Below, piece by piece: positions 18,895 through 28,476 of a stretch of 64,000 bases of DNA (positions are counted from its first letter, which is position 1; each line of letters opens with the position of its first letter). The notes below the pieces were generated by a model that was not told the DNA's origin, searched no databases, and was given only the letters and a program-made list of their open reading frames with translations. The position numbers and the translations under genes are program-made. This DNA comes from an uncultured Gemmatimonadaceae bacterium (lineage in GTDB: Bacteria > Gemmatimonadota > Gemmatimonadetes > Gemmatimonadales > Gemmatimonadaceae), in assembly GCA_963761305.1 (NCBI GenBank), contig CAVXGK010000002.1, positions 288,001 to 352,000 on the forward strand. Direction: 5' to 3'.

Positions 18895-20960
18895 TACGCC
18901 GGCGCCGTGCCGCAGGCCGACTCGATTTGCGCGCGATAGTCGGGTGGCGTGGTGAGACGATCCAACGGCAGATGCGCGAGCAGCGCCGTGCGGTCGGCGC
19001 GGCACTTGTCGGGCGTGCCGAGTGATGCGTCGGCGGAGAGCAGGGTGAGGAGCGGCTCGTATGCCTGCAGGCCCATCGAGCGCGTCACGTCGTCGATTCG
19101 AATCGAGCTGTCGGCATAGCCGCGATAGCGCGCGACGTCGAACAGGTGGTGGCGAAGAACCTGCGGGTCGACGGGCGGGTTGATCGCCGGGGCGGCGAGG
19201 AAATAGAAACCCTCAAGTCGGCCGTACGGTGCGAGCCATTCCATCGACCGCTGCGTGGCGGTGATCGCGAACGCGAGCGGGCGCTTCCATGCGTTCGTGC
19301 GCACGATGTCCAGCAACACGATCTCCGCCGGAAGCATGGTGTCGCCGTACATCGGGTGGACGTTGAGCCGGATCGAATCGGGCGGCACGGCGCCGGCCGG
19401 GAGTGCGAGCGTCTCCGGCGCTCCAGCTACTCGCACGGTGGCGACGGTATCAGACCACGCACGCTGGCCGAGCGCGGTGCGTTGCTCGCGCGACATCGAC
19501 AGTGGAAACAAGGAGTCTCGTCGCGTGAGCTGCTCGGGCCACCACGGAACACTCGCGACTGACAGATTGATGATCGTGACGTCGGGTCGCACGCCTTCGA
19601 CCGACTGCAGGTACATCACCGGGAACGTGTCGTTGTCGCCGACGGTGAAGTAGATCGCGCGCGGGGGAAGTCCGAGCAGGGCGTTCGCCGCGTAGTCGCG
19701 GGCGAAGTAGCGTCGCGACGCGTCGTTCGCCGACCAGTTGCTCCAGAGGCGCGCCGCGGGCAGGATGGTGAACAGCGCAGCGGCAACTGCCACCGTCTGG
19801 GGTGTACGAAGTCGCGCCGCCACCGCCGCCATCGCGCCGCCGAGTCCGCACGCGACGAACACGCCGATCGTCACGCACACGGGCAGATAGTGGCGGTCGA
19901 ACGTTCTGAAGAAATTCGCGGGTATGTTGAAGTAGAGCACCGTGAACGCCGCTTGCAGCAGGACCACGCTCGCGAGCGCCGCGGCCAGTCGGCGATTGCC
20001 GCGCCACAGCGTCACGAATCCCCAGACCGCGGCCACGGCGGGAAGAACGCCAAGCCATCGCGACGGTCCGCTCCACTGCAAGTAGTTGTCGCGAAGAACG
20101 CGGAGCAGGTCCGCCGTCTGCACCGACCACACCGGCGACTTTCGCGGAAACAATTGAAGCAGGAACGATCCGCCGAGCTGCTTGATCGTCACGTAGTCCC
20201 AGAAGCGCGACAGCGTGCTCGGCTCGCTGAAGTTGAGCGTCGAGCGCGTGAGCACCGCCATCGGGATGAGCAGCAGTTGCACGGCGAGTCCCGCGACGAG
20301 CCCGCCGGCCCCCGCGACGATCGTTCGCGGTGATCTCGCCGTGACCGGACGGCGAATCAGAATCCACACGATGGCGCCCGGGATGAGCAGCGCGTTGGTG
20401 CGATGCACGCTGAAGTCGAGGCCGAACAAGAGCGCAACCAGCACGAGCCAGCGCCACGCGTCGGGACGGTCGGCGTCGATCCACCACCGGAACAGCGTCC
20501 ACAGGATCAGTCCGGTGAACACGGCGCTGAGCACGTAGGGCGTGAACTGAATCGCGTACGTCCACAGCGTGCCGCCGAAGGCGAAGGTGAGCGCGCCAGC
20601 CGCAACGCCGAAGGCAGCAGCCGAGTTGCCGCGCTCCCCCGGGCCCGCGATGCGCAGTGCCATCGTCGCCGCCGCATACACCAGTGCCACGACGAATGCC
20701 GCGAGCAGACCCGCGAGGAGATTCAGGGCGTGCGCCGGCGAGTCGACGAACGGAAGGTGGGCGACGGGCCAGCCGAACAGCGTCAGGAGCAGCGACCCCG
20801 GCGGCGAGTTGATGCCGAGCGTGGCCGCCGCGAGCGAGTAGCTGCTCGAGTCCCACCACGTGATCGTCGGATAGGCCGTTCGCCAGAAGACAGCGATCGC
20901 GATCGCCGTGACGACGATCGCGCCGATGGACTGCGCTCCAAGACGACGATTGCCGCGCAT
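18891..20960 (-). CDS. DUF2723/TMEM260-like GT-C membrane glycosyltransferase
   Basis: TAYPTITWWDS, INSPPG, many TM helices, GDNDTFP..Y.Q.VEGVRPDV. Confidence 0.8.
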   Translation of the reverse strand: MRGNRRLGAQSIGAIVVTAIAIAVFWRTAYPTITWWDSSSYSLAAATLGINSPPGSLLLTLFGWPVAHLPFVDSPAHALNLLAGLLAAFVVALVYAAATMALRIAGPGERGNSAAAFGVAAGALTFAFGGTLWTYAIQFTPYVLSAVFTGLILWTLFRWWIDADRPDAWRWLVLVALLFGLDFSVHRTNALLIPGAIVWILIRRPVTARSPRTIVAGAGGLVAGLAVQLLLIPMAVLTRSTLNFSEPSTLSRFWDYVTIKQLGGSFLLQLFPRKSPVWSVQTADLLRVLRDNYLQWSGPSRWLGVLPAVAAVWGFVTLWRGNRRLAAALASVVLLQAAFTVLYFNIPANFFRTFDRHYLPVCVTIGVFVACGLGGAMAAVAARLRTPQTVAVAAALFTILPAARLWSNWSANDASRRYFARDYAANALLGLPPRAIYFTVGDNDTFPVMYLQSVEGVRPDVTIINLSVASVPWWPEQLTRRDSLFPLSMSREQRTALGQRAWSDTVATVRVAGAPETLALPAGAVPPDSIRLNVHPMYGDTMLPAEIVLLDIVRTNAWKRPLAFAITATQRSMEWLAPYGRLEGFYFLAAPAINPPVDPQVLRHHLFDVARYRGYADSSIRIDDVTRSMGLQAYEPLLTLLSADASLGTPDKCRADRTALLAHLPLDRLTTPPDYRAQIESACGTAPAY

Positions 20961-21018
20961 AAGACAAAATCTTATCACTAGCGTGCGACCCGTGTCAACC
21001 TGCCGCTCCCGTAGTTCT

Positions 21019-22680
21019 CTACGTGCGTCCGGCGATCGACTCGGTGATCTCGGCGGCGAGCGCCTCGACGAGTGCGCGCAGTTTCCGGCGGCGGGTTCTC
21101 ACGCGCCTCACAAAAATCGTTCGCGCGACGCCGAACGTCGTGGCGATCGTGCCCAACCACGCCGCGGCGGCGACGAGCGGGTGATGCCTGGCCATGAGGA
21201 CGGCGAACACCATGGCACCACCGCCCACGCCGGCGGGGCCCATCGTCGGACCGAAGGTCGTGCCGCTGACCGCAGCCAGATTCTCGGTGCATCGGATCGT
21301 CGTCTTGCCTCGGCGCGCGACGATCGTGACGCTCATGCGCCGCGCTCCGCTGTTCGAGCTCCAATTGAGCGAGCGGCCGACTGCGGTCAATGTGCCCGCG
21401 TCGCCGGCCGTTCGCTGACGGATCACGTTGCCGAGCACGTCGAAGTCGCGCTCGGAGACCTCGCCATCGACGACGCCTTCGTATTCGATCACCAGTGCTT
21501 CGCCGGCAAGAAGGCTCTTCGATTCGGTGAGGTCGGTGATCGCGATCGGCGCGGCGACGGTCGAGCTCGACGGCGTGAGCCCGTACTCGACGAGCGCGCG
21601 GTCGATCGCTTTCGTCGCAATACCGGCTTCGCGCGCCGAGCCGCGCACATCGGCCAGCGCGTAGCCCGAGGTCGGCGCCTCATCGCGAGGCTTCATCGGG
21701 GCAAGCGGCGAGAGTGGCGGCGCGCTCGACGATTCCTGGAGTTCCGCCGCGCGGCGCCAGATCTGTTGCGCGTCGGTGTCCGACACGATGACGCGCCGCT
21801 CACCCGGCGCGGGCTCCGGTGTTTCCGACGCGATCTCGCCGAGCTCGCGCGCGAGTTGTGCGCCGCTTTGGAAGCGCGCCGCCGGATCCTTGGCCAGGCA
21901 GCGGTCGATCGCCGACGCCAGCCGCGCGCCGACGCCCGGCGCGACCGAGCGCAGGGTCGGCGGCGTCTTGGTGACGTGCGCGACCAGCACCGCCGATGCG
22001 AGCTGGGCGTCGAACGGAAACCGGCCGCTCAGCGCGAGGAATCCGGCGACGCCGAGCGAGTAGATGTCGCTGCGCGCATCGACGCCCTCGCCGGCGACTT
22101 GCTCCGGGCTCAGATAGTACACGGTGCCGAGCACCTGACCCGTCGCGGTAAGCGGCGTGGCCTCGGCCAGGCGCGCGATGCCGAAGTCCGTGACGAGGGC
22201 GCGTCCGGTGGAGCGTTCGACGAGAATGTTCTCCGCCTTCACGTCGCGGTGGATGACGCCGTGCACGTGCGCGTAGTCGAGCGCGAGCGCGACGTCGCGC
22301 ATCTCACGAACGACTTCGCTCTCGTCGAGATGGCCGAATGCGCGGATGCGCTGCGCCATCGAATCGCCGTCGACGTAGCCCATCACGAAGAAGACGTGTC
22401 CGGCGATTTCGTCGGCGCGGTGGATGGGGACGATGTTCTGGTGCGACAGCCCGCCGGCGGTGCGCGCTTCGCGCAGGAAACGCTCGCGCACGATCGGGTC
22501 GTTGGCGAGGTGCGGCGGGAGCGTTTTGATGGCGACGCGTCGATCGAGCCGGATGTCGCGTGCGAGGTACACGATGCCCATGCCGCCGCGCCCGATTTCG
22601 CGGAGCAGCTCGTACTGGCCCGCCAGAGCTTCGGCGAGACGGTTGAAGTCGTCGGATTGAGCGGGAAGGGCGGCGGTCAC
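21019..22680 (-). CDS. Hanks-type Ser/Thr protein kinase with C-terminal membrane segment
   Basis: IGRGGMGIVY, VAIK, HRDVKAENIL, DFG, SPE, DIYSLG. Confidence 0.93.
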   Translation of the reverse strand: MTAALPAQSDDFNRLAEALAGQYELLREIGRGGMGIVYLARDIRLDRRVAIKTLPPHLANDPIVRERFLREARTAGGLSHQNIVPIHRADEIAGHVFFVMGYVDGDSMAQRIRAFGHLDESEVVREMRDVALALDYAHVHGVIHRDVKAENILVERSTGRALVTDFGIARLAEATPLTATGQVLGTVYYLSPEQVAGEGVDARSDIYSLGVAGFLALSGRFPFDAQLASAVLVAHVTKTPPTLRSVAPGVGARLASAIDRCLAKDPAARFQSGAQLARELGEIASETPEPAPGERRVIVSDTDAQQIWRRAAELQESSSAPPLSPLAPMKPRDEAPTSGYALADVRGSAREAGIATKAIDRALVEYGLTPSSSTVAAPIAITDLTESKSLLAGEALVIEYEGVVDGEVSERDFDVLGNVIRQRTAGDAGTLTAVGRSLNWSSNSGARRMSVTIVARRGKTTIRCTENLAAVSGTTFGPTMGPAGVGGGAMVFAVLMARHHPLVAAAAWLGTIATTFGVARTIFVRRVRTRRRKLRALVEALAAEITESIAGRT

Positions 22681-22841
22681 CGGGTATACATTATCCTCGG
22701 GCGGTTCATTCCGCAGGGCTTTGACCTCGTCGCACAGGCTGTCTAGGATTTCCGGCAGCGAGCGACGACGCGTATCGAGAACTAGTGCGGCACCGCAGGC
22801 CGAGAGGTTGCGTGCCGATCATCGGGCGACACGGAGCGAGC

Positions 22842-23966
22842 ATGGCCACGCAAACCCGGCCCACCGAGACGGAAACGCGAGACACGTTTCCGATCAACGG
22901 AACCGACTACATCGAGTTCTACGTCGGGAACGGGAAGCAGGCGTCGCATTTTTATCAGAGCGCGTTCGGCTTTCAGCTCGCCGCCTACCAGGGCCCCGAG
23001 ACGGGCATGCGCGACCGCGCGAGCTATTTGCTCGTACAGGACAAGATCCGCCTCGTCATCACGACGCCGCTGAGTCCCGACGGCGACATCGCGGACCACG
23101 TGCGCCGCCACGGCGACGGCGTACGCGACATCGCGCTCTGGGTGGACGACGCGCGCGACGCGTACGCCAAGGCGCTCGAGCGCGGCGCCGAATCGGCCGC
23201 CCCGCCGAGGGTGCTGCGCGACGGGGACGGCGAAGTGGTGATCGCCGCGATCAAGATCTACGGCGACACGATTCACTCGTTGGTCGAGCGCAAGAACTAT
23301 CGCGGCGTGTTCATGCCCGGGTTCGCGCGACGCGACCCGCACTTTCAGGCGCGGCCGACCGGCCTGAAGTACGTCGACCACTGCGTCGGCAACGTCGAGC
23401 TCGGGCGCATGAACAAGTGGGTCGGATTCTACGAGCGGGTGATGGGCTTCAAGAATCTCATCTCGTTCGACGACACGGACATCTCGACGGAATACTCGTC
23501 GCTCATGTCGAAGGTGATGTCGAACGGCAACGAGCGGATCAAGTTCCCGATCAACGAGCCGGCGAAGGGGAAGAAGAAGTCGCAGATCGACGAATACCTC
23601 GAGTTCTACCACGGCCCCGGCGTGCAGCATATCGCGCTGGCGACGGACGACATCATCGCCACCGTGACCGCCCTCCACGACCGCGGGGTCGAGTTCCTGC
23701 GCGTGCCGACGACGTACTACGAGGAGTTGCAAGGCCGCGTCGGCAAGATCGACGAGCCGATCGACAAGCTCGAGGAGCTCGGCATCCTCGTCGACCGCGA
23801 CCCCGACGGCTACCTGCTGCAGATCTTCTCGAAGCCGGTCGAGGACCGGCCGACGCTGTTCTACGAGATCATCGAGCGGAAGGGCGCGCGGAGCTTCGGC
23901 AAGGGAAACTTCAAGGCGCTGTTCGAGGCCATCGAGCGCGAGCAGGCGGCGAGGGGGAACCTGTAG
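22842..23966 (+). CDS. hppD: 4-hydroxyphenylpyruvate dioxygenase
   Basis: DHCVGNV, KFPINEP, SQIDEYL, GVQHIAL, LLQIF, FGKGNFKALFEAIEREQ. Confidence 0.96.
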   Translation: MATQTRPTETETRDTFPINGTDYIEFYVGNGKQASHFYQSAFGFQLAAYQGPETGMRDRASYLLVQDKIRLVITTPLSPDGDIADHVRRHGDGVRDIALWVDDARDAYAKALERGAESAAPPRVLRDGDGEVVIAAIKIYGDTIHSLVERKNYRGVFMPGFARRDPHFQARPTGLKYVDHCVGNVELGRMNKWVGFYERVMGFKNLISFDDTDISTEYSSLMSKVMSNGNERIKFPINEPAKGKKKSQIDEYLEFYHGPGVQHIALATDDIIATVTALHDRGVEFLRVPTTYYEELQGRVGKIDEPIDKLEELGILVDRDPDGYLLQIFSKPVEDRPTLFYEIIERKGARSFGKGNFKALFEAIEREQAARGNL

Positions 23967-24001
23967 GCCGTATCGAAACGTCCAGACTTCTTCGGGTGGC
24001 C

Positions 24002-24118
24002 TGATGGCGCCCCTTAGGCGGCAGCATCAGCGTCAGCATCAGGAAGTGCCGCGGTCGTTGCCCGATGCTGATGCTGTCGCTGACCGCTAGAGTGCTCGTT
24101 TATCAGAGATCGCTATCA
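24002..24118. repeat. Palindromic intergenic element, copy 1 (left end shortened)
   Basis: CAGCATCAGCGTCAGCATCAGGAA-loop-GATGCTGATGCTGTCGCTG, then GCTAGAGTGCTC-N9-AGATCGCTATCA, shared with copy 2. Confidence 0.8.
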
Positions 24119-24137
24119 ACCACGCACCACAAAGAGC

Positions 24138-25337
24138 ATGCCGATCTACCACACGTTCGGCTCCATCCCGCGGAAGCGGCACACGGCGTTCCGGAAGCCC
24201 GGCGGCGGCATCTACGCCGAGGAGCTCATGGGCCACGAGGGGTTCACCGGCACGTCGTCGCTGCTGTACCACGTGCATCCGCCGACGACGGTGAAGTCCG
24301 TGCGGCGCCTGAAGGAAACGAAGCTCGAGGCCGACCCCGACCGGACGCTTCGGCACCGCCATTTCCTCACCGCGCGCGCCAAGAAGGGCGGCAGCCCGAC
24401 GCTCGATCGCATGCCGCTGCTGTTCAACCAGGACATCGCGATGTCGTACGTCGAGCCGGACAAGCAGGACGAGCATTTCTACCGGAACGCGCAGTGCGAC
24501 GAGTTGGTGTACGTCGCCAAGGGCATGGGGACGCTCGAGTCGGTGTTCGGCGACCTGCCGTTTCGTGAGGGCGACTACCTGGTCATCCATCGCGGCATCC
24601 TGCACCGCTACCTGTTCGATCCATCGGGCGATCCGCCCAAGCTGCTCGTCTTCGAGAGCCGCGGACACGTGCGCTGGCCCAAGCGCTACCGCAACGAGTT
24701 CGGGCAGCTCATGGAGGGCGCGCCGTACTCGGAGCGCGACATCCGCCTGCCGCTCGAGCTCGAGACGCACGACCAGATGGGCGACTTCCAGATGCTCGTG
24801 AAGCAGTACGACGGGATCAACGAGTTGATCCTCGACCACCATCCGTTCGACGTCGTCGGGTGGGACGGCTACTTCTACCCGTGGGCGTTCAACATCGACG
24901 ACTTCGAGCCGATCGTCGGACGCGTGCATCAGCCGCCGCCGGTGCACCAGACGTTCCAGGGCGACGGCTTCGTCGTCTGCTCGTTCTGCCCGCGCCCGTT
25001 CGACTTCGACCCGAACGCCGTGCCCGCGCCGTACAACCACAGCAACGTGGATTCGGACGAAGTGCTGTACTACGCGTCGAGTGAATTCATGAGCCGAAAG
25101 GGGATCGAGTTCGGCAGCATCACGCATCACCCCGACGGCATCCCCCACGGTCCGCACCCGGGCCGCGCCGAAGCGTCGATCGGCGCGAAGTCGACGAACG
25201 AGCTCGCCGTGATGATGGACACCTTCCGCCCGCTGCACGTGGCGAAGGCGGCGAAAGAGTTCGAGGACCCGAACTACCACAAGAGCTGGATCGAGGCGCA
25301 GCACTCAGGCGTGGCCTTCAACCCGCCGACCAGCTGA
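24138..25337 (+). CDS. hmgA: Homogentisate 1,2-dioxygenase
   Basis: HPFDVVGWDG, GRVHQPPPVHQTF, PYNHSNVDSDE, HGPHPG, ELAVMMDTF. Confidence 0.93.
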   Translation: MPIYHTFGSIPRKRHTAFRKPGGGIYAEELMGHEGFTGTSSLLYHVHPPTTVKSVRRLKETKLEADPDRTLRHRHFLTARAKKGGSPTLDRMPLLFNQDIAMSYVEPDKQDEHFYRNAQCDELVYVAKGMGTLESVFGDLPFREGDYLVIHRGILHRYLFDPSGDPPKLLVFESRGHVRWPKRYRNEFGQLMEGAPYSERDIRLPLELETHDQMGDFQMLVKQYDGINELILDHHPFDVVGWDGYFYPWAFNIDDFEPIVGRVHQPPPVHQTFQGDGFVVCSFCPRPFDFDPNAVPAPYNHSNVDSDEVLYYASSEFMSRKGIEFGSITHHPDGIPHGPHPGRAEASIGAKSTNELAVMMDTFRPLHVAKAAKEFEDPNYHKSWIEAQHSGVAFNPPTS

Positions 25338-25358
25338 GGGGCGGGAGCTGCCTTGGCC

Positions 25359-25490
25359 TGATAGGGATCGCCGCGGGGCCGGGACTCTAGGAGTCAGCAC
25401 CAGCAACAGCATCAGGAACTGAGACTGGCGATTCCTGATGCTGACGCTGTTGCTGATGCTAGAGTGCTCAATCGGCGTAGATCGCTATCA
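25359..25490. repeat. Palindromic intergenic element, copy 2 (132 bp; MITE/REP-like)
   Basis: 32-bp imperfect terminal inverted arms TGATAGGGATC..ACTCTAG / CTAGAGT..GATCGCTATCA around a hexamer-built hairpin. Confidence 0.8.
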
Positions 25491-25512
25491 GTGAGCTCCC
25501 CGTCAGGCAGCC

Positions 25513-26319
25513 CTACTTTTGGCCGAACGCCGCGATCGCGCGCTTCGTGTGCTCAGACAGCACGAGCGTCCCGCTGGTGGCCGCGCGCTGCTCGAGCAGC
25601 GACGCCCAGTCGTCCGTCCCCGCCCAGACGGCGCGCTTGATCCCTTGCACGGCCTCCGGGTTCGCCGCCGCCAGCGTGCGCGCGCGCCGCTCCACCTCGG
25701 CGTCGAGCGTCTCCACGTCGTCGACGACGCGGGCGTACAGGCCGTGGCGTTCGGCCCATGCGGCGTCGCGCCAGTCGGCGTCGATGGCCATCGCGCCGAA
25801 TGCGCCGGTGCCGATCTTTCGCTCGATCGCCGGTCCAACCACGAACGGGCCGATGCCGACCGCCAACTCACTCAATCGCACCGACGCGTTCGACGTCGCG
25901 ATCGCGTAGTCGGCCGCGGCCACGATGCCGACACCGCCGCCGACGGCTTTCCCGTGCACGCGGGCGACGATCGGTTTGCGGGATTGAATCATCGCCCCGA
26001 TCACGCGCGCGAAGCCCATGAAGAACGCCTTGCCCTGTGCGGCGTCGCGAATCGCGACGAGCTCGTCGAATGACGCGCCGGCGCAGAACGCGCCCGTGCC
26101 GTAGCTGCGGACGACGATTGCGCGAACGTCGTCGCGCGCGCTCGCGTCGCCGATCGACGCGGCGAGGTCGCGCAGTACGGACGCGGGGAGGGAATTGCTC
26201 TTTGGATGCCCGAAGCAGACGTCGGCGACACCTTCCGCGACGAGCGTCGACACGCTGCCGGCGGCGGCGAGCGCCGCGTGCTGGCCGGCGGTCGCGTCGC
26301 GGGTCGCGCTCGCGGTCAC
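25513..26319 (-). CDS. Enoyl-CoA hydratase/isomerase (crotonase) family protein
   Basis: AFCAGASF, GKAVGGGVG, LSELAVGI. Confidence 0.9.
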   Translation of the reverse strand: MTASATRDATAGQHAALAAAGSVSTLVAEGVADVCFGHPKSNSLPASVLRDLAASIGDASARDDVRAIVVRSYGTGAFCAGASFDELVAIRDAAQGKAFFMGFARVIGAMIQSRKPIVARVHGKAVGGGVGIVAAADYAIATSNASVRLSELAVGIGPFVVGPAIERKIGTGAFGAMAIDADWRDAAWAERHGLYARVVDDVETLDAEVERRARTLAAANPEAVQGIKRAVWAGTDDWASLLEQRAATSGTLVLSEHTKRAIAAFGQK

Positions 26320-27071
26320 CGGCCGACTCGAACGCGCAATCCGCCGCGAATCGTGCCGAGTGTCGTGTTGCCGTTGCGGAACGCGTCGCAGCCGGCGGTG
26401 TTGCAGACGCCGCCCGGCGTGGCGAAGCCGCTGCCGTAGCTCGTGTATCCGTACACGTACAGCGCCTCGGCGAACACGGCGAACCCGTCGATGACGTTCT
26501 TGTCGATGCCCGCGCCGAGCGTGAACTCGCCGCTCACGCGATGCTGCTGCTGCGCCTTCCCCGATCCGCCGGTCGACTCGTAGTTGATCGCCCCCGGCTG
26601 CCAGTCGATCAGGCCGAGCCCGACGCTGAAGTTCGGCATGACGTAAGGCAGCGGCATCCGCAGGCGAATGCCCGACGTCACCTCGAGCACGCCGGCGTGG
26701 GTCGCCGACGCCGAGGTCGCGGTAGCGCCGGCCGGCGTTTGAAAATTCGTGATAAAAAGCTGCTCGTTGAGCGGCAGCAAGCTGTAGGCAGCATTGATGC
26801 TGAAGCCTACGCGGCCGACGCCGCTCGCGCCGGTATCCCAGTTCTCCCAGCCAAGGCTGTAGGTCTGTCCTTTATCCCAGTAGGCTAGGGCGGCGTGGGC
26901 ACTGACCGGCGTGGCCGACCCGAATCCGACGCGCAGATAGTTGCCCGGAGTCAGCCCGTCATTCCACGGGTTCTTCGGGTCCCCGTCGCCTCCGCCTTGT
27001 GCGGTGACGATGCGGGGGGCGGCCAAGCCGACGACCAGGGCGGCGACAACGAGCGACTGAAGGGCACGCAT
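26316..27071 (-). CDS. Exported protein, probable small outer-membrane beta-barrel
   Basis: Signal peptide, alternating beta-strand pattern, a Cys pair in a loop, C-terminal IRGGLRVRV. Confidence 0.6.
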   Translation of the reverse strand: MRALQSLVVAALVVGLAAPRIVTAQGGGDGDPKNPWNDGLTPGNYLRVGFGSATPVSAHAALAYWDKGQTYSLGWENWDTGASGVGRVGFSINAAYSLLPLNEQLFITNFQTPAGATATSASATHAGVLEVTSGIRLRMPLPYVMPNFSVGLGLIDWQPGAINYESTGGSGKAQQQHRVSGEFTLGAGIDKNVIDGFAVFAEALYVYGYTSYGSGFATPGGVCNTAGCDAFRNGNTTLGTIRGGLRVRVGR

Positions 27072-27196
27072 GCGGATAGGGACGAGGTGGACGACGCGTT
27101 GAAATCTATCGGGCGGCTTCGGTCCGGCACTAGATTTTTCCGGGCGACCCGGGCGCGCCGAAAGACGCGCCCACGCCTCACTTTAAGCAGACACCG

Positions 27197-28167
27197 ATGG
27201 CATCGACGAACCCCGCCCCGCCGGCTGACGATCCGGCCAAAATTCGCGAGTTCGAGGCCCGAATCGCCCGTGGCGAGACGATCGAGCCGAAGGACTGGAT
27301 GCCGGAGCGCTACCGGCGGCAGCTCGTTCGCATGATGTCCCAACACGCGCATTCCGAGGTCGTCGGGATGCTGCCGGAAGGGAACTGGGTCACGCGCGCC
27401 CCGAATCTGCGGCGGAAGATGTCGCTCCTCGCCAAGGTGCAGGACGAAGCCGGTCACGGCCTCTACATCTACTGCGGCACCGAAACGCTCGGCGTCGACC
27501 GCGGCACGTTGATCGGCCAGCTGCTCGATGGCATCGGCGAAATATTCGAGCATCTTCAACTATCCCACGCTCACCTGGGCCGACATCGGATGCATCGGGT
27601 GGTTCGTCGACGGCGCGGCGATCGTGAACCAGACGATGCTCGCCAAGGCGTCGTACGGTCCGTACGCGCGGGCGATGGTGCGCATCTGCAAGGAAGAAAA
27701 CTTCCACAAGCGCCAGGGCTACGAGATCATGGCGACGCTCGCCGCCGGCACCGCCGGCGCAGCGCGCGATGGCGCAGGACGCCGTGAATCGCTGGTGGTG
27801 GCCGTCGCTCATGATGTTCGGTCCCTCCGACAAGGACTCGCCGAACTCCGCGGAGCTAATGCGCTGGGGCGTGAAGCACAAGACCAACGACGAGCTGCGC
27901 CAGCGGTTCGTGAATCTCACCGTCGCGCAGGCGCAGGCGATCGACGTCACGCTCCCCGATCCGGACCTGAGGCACGATCCGGAGACGGACAACTGGCTCT
28001 TCGGCCCCATCGATTGGGAAGAGTTCTGGCGTGTGGTAAAAGGAGACGGTCCGTGTAATCGCGAACGTCTCGCGGCGCGGCGTGCGGCGCACGACGAAGG
28101 CGCGTGGGTCCGCGAAGCCGCCAACGCCTACGCCGCCAAGCGCGCGGAAGCCGGCGAAGCCGCGTGA
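27197..28167 (+). pseudogene. paaA: 1,2-phenylacetyl-CoA epoxidase subunit A, interrupted by two +1 frameshifts (real or assembly error)
   Basis: [23 protein letters not shown] in frame [20 protein letters not shown] in frame [13 protein letters not shown] in frame C. Extra bases near 27534 and 27752. Confidence 0.9.
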
Positions 28168-28454
28168 GCGACGATTCGCAGTGGCCGCTCTGGGAAGTGT
28201 TCGTGCAGCCGCCCAAGGGCGCGCCGCACGAGCACGCGGGCAGCGTGCACGCCGCGACGGCCGAGCAGGCGCTCGAGAACGCCCGTGACGTCTACGCCCG
28301 CCGCGGCGAGGCGGTGAGCATCTGGGTGGTGCCGAGCGATGCAATCATCGCGTCGAGCCCGGAGGATGCGGGCCCGTTCTTCGATCCGGGGAACGACAAG
28401 CCCTACCGGCACCCGCAGTTCTACAAGGTTCCGCGCGGCGTTCGAGGAGTCTAG
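28164..28454 (+). CDS. paaB: Phenylacetyl-CoA epoxidase subunit B
   Basis: [38 protein letters not shown]. Confidence 0.95.
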   Translation: MSDDSQWPLWEVFVQPPKGAPHEHAGSVHAATAEQALENARDVYARRGEAVSIWVVPSDAIIASSPEDAGPFFDPGNDKPYRHPQFYKVPRGVRGV

Positions 28455-28476
28455 TCAGGATTCTCTGACGCCCGCC

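Noticed and set aside
24002..25490. Integron attC sites flanking hmgA
   Set aside because: No RYYYAAC/GTTRRRY core pair and no integrase in the window.
27528..27770. Programmed frameshifting in paaA
   Set aside because: No slippery heptamer or homopolymer, and two independent shifts would be needed.
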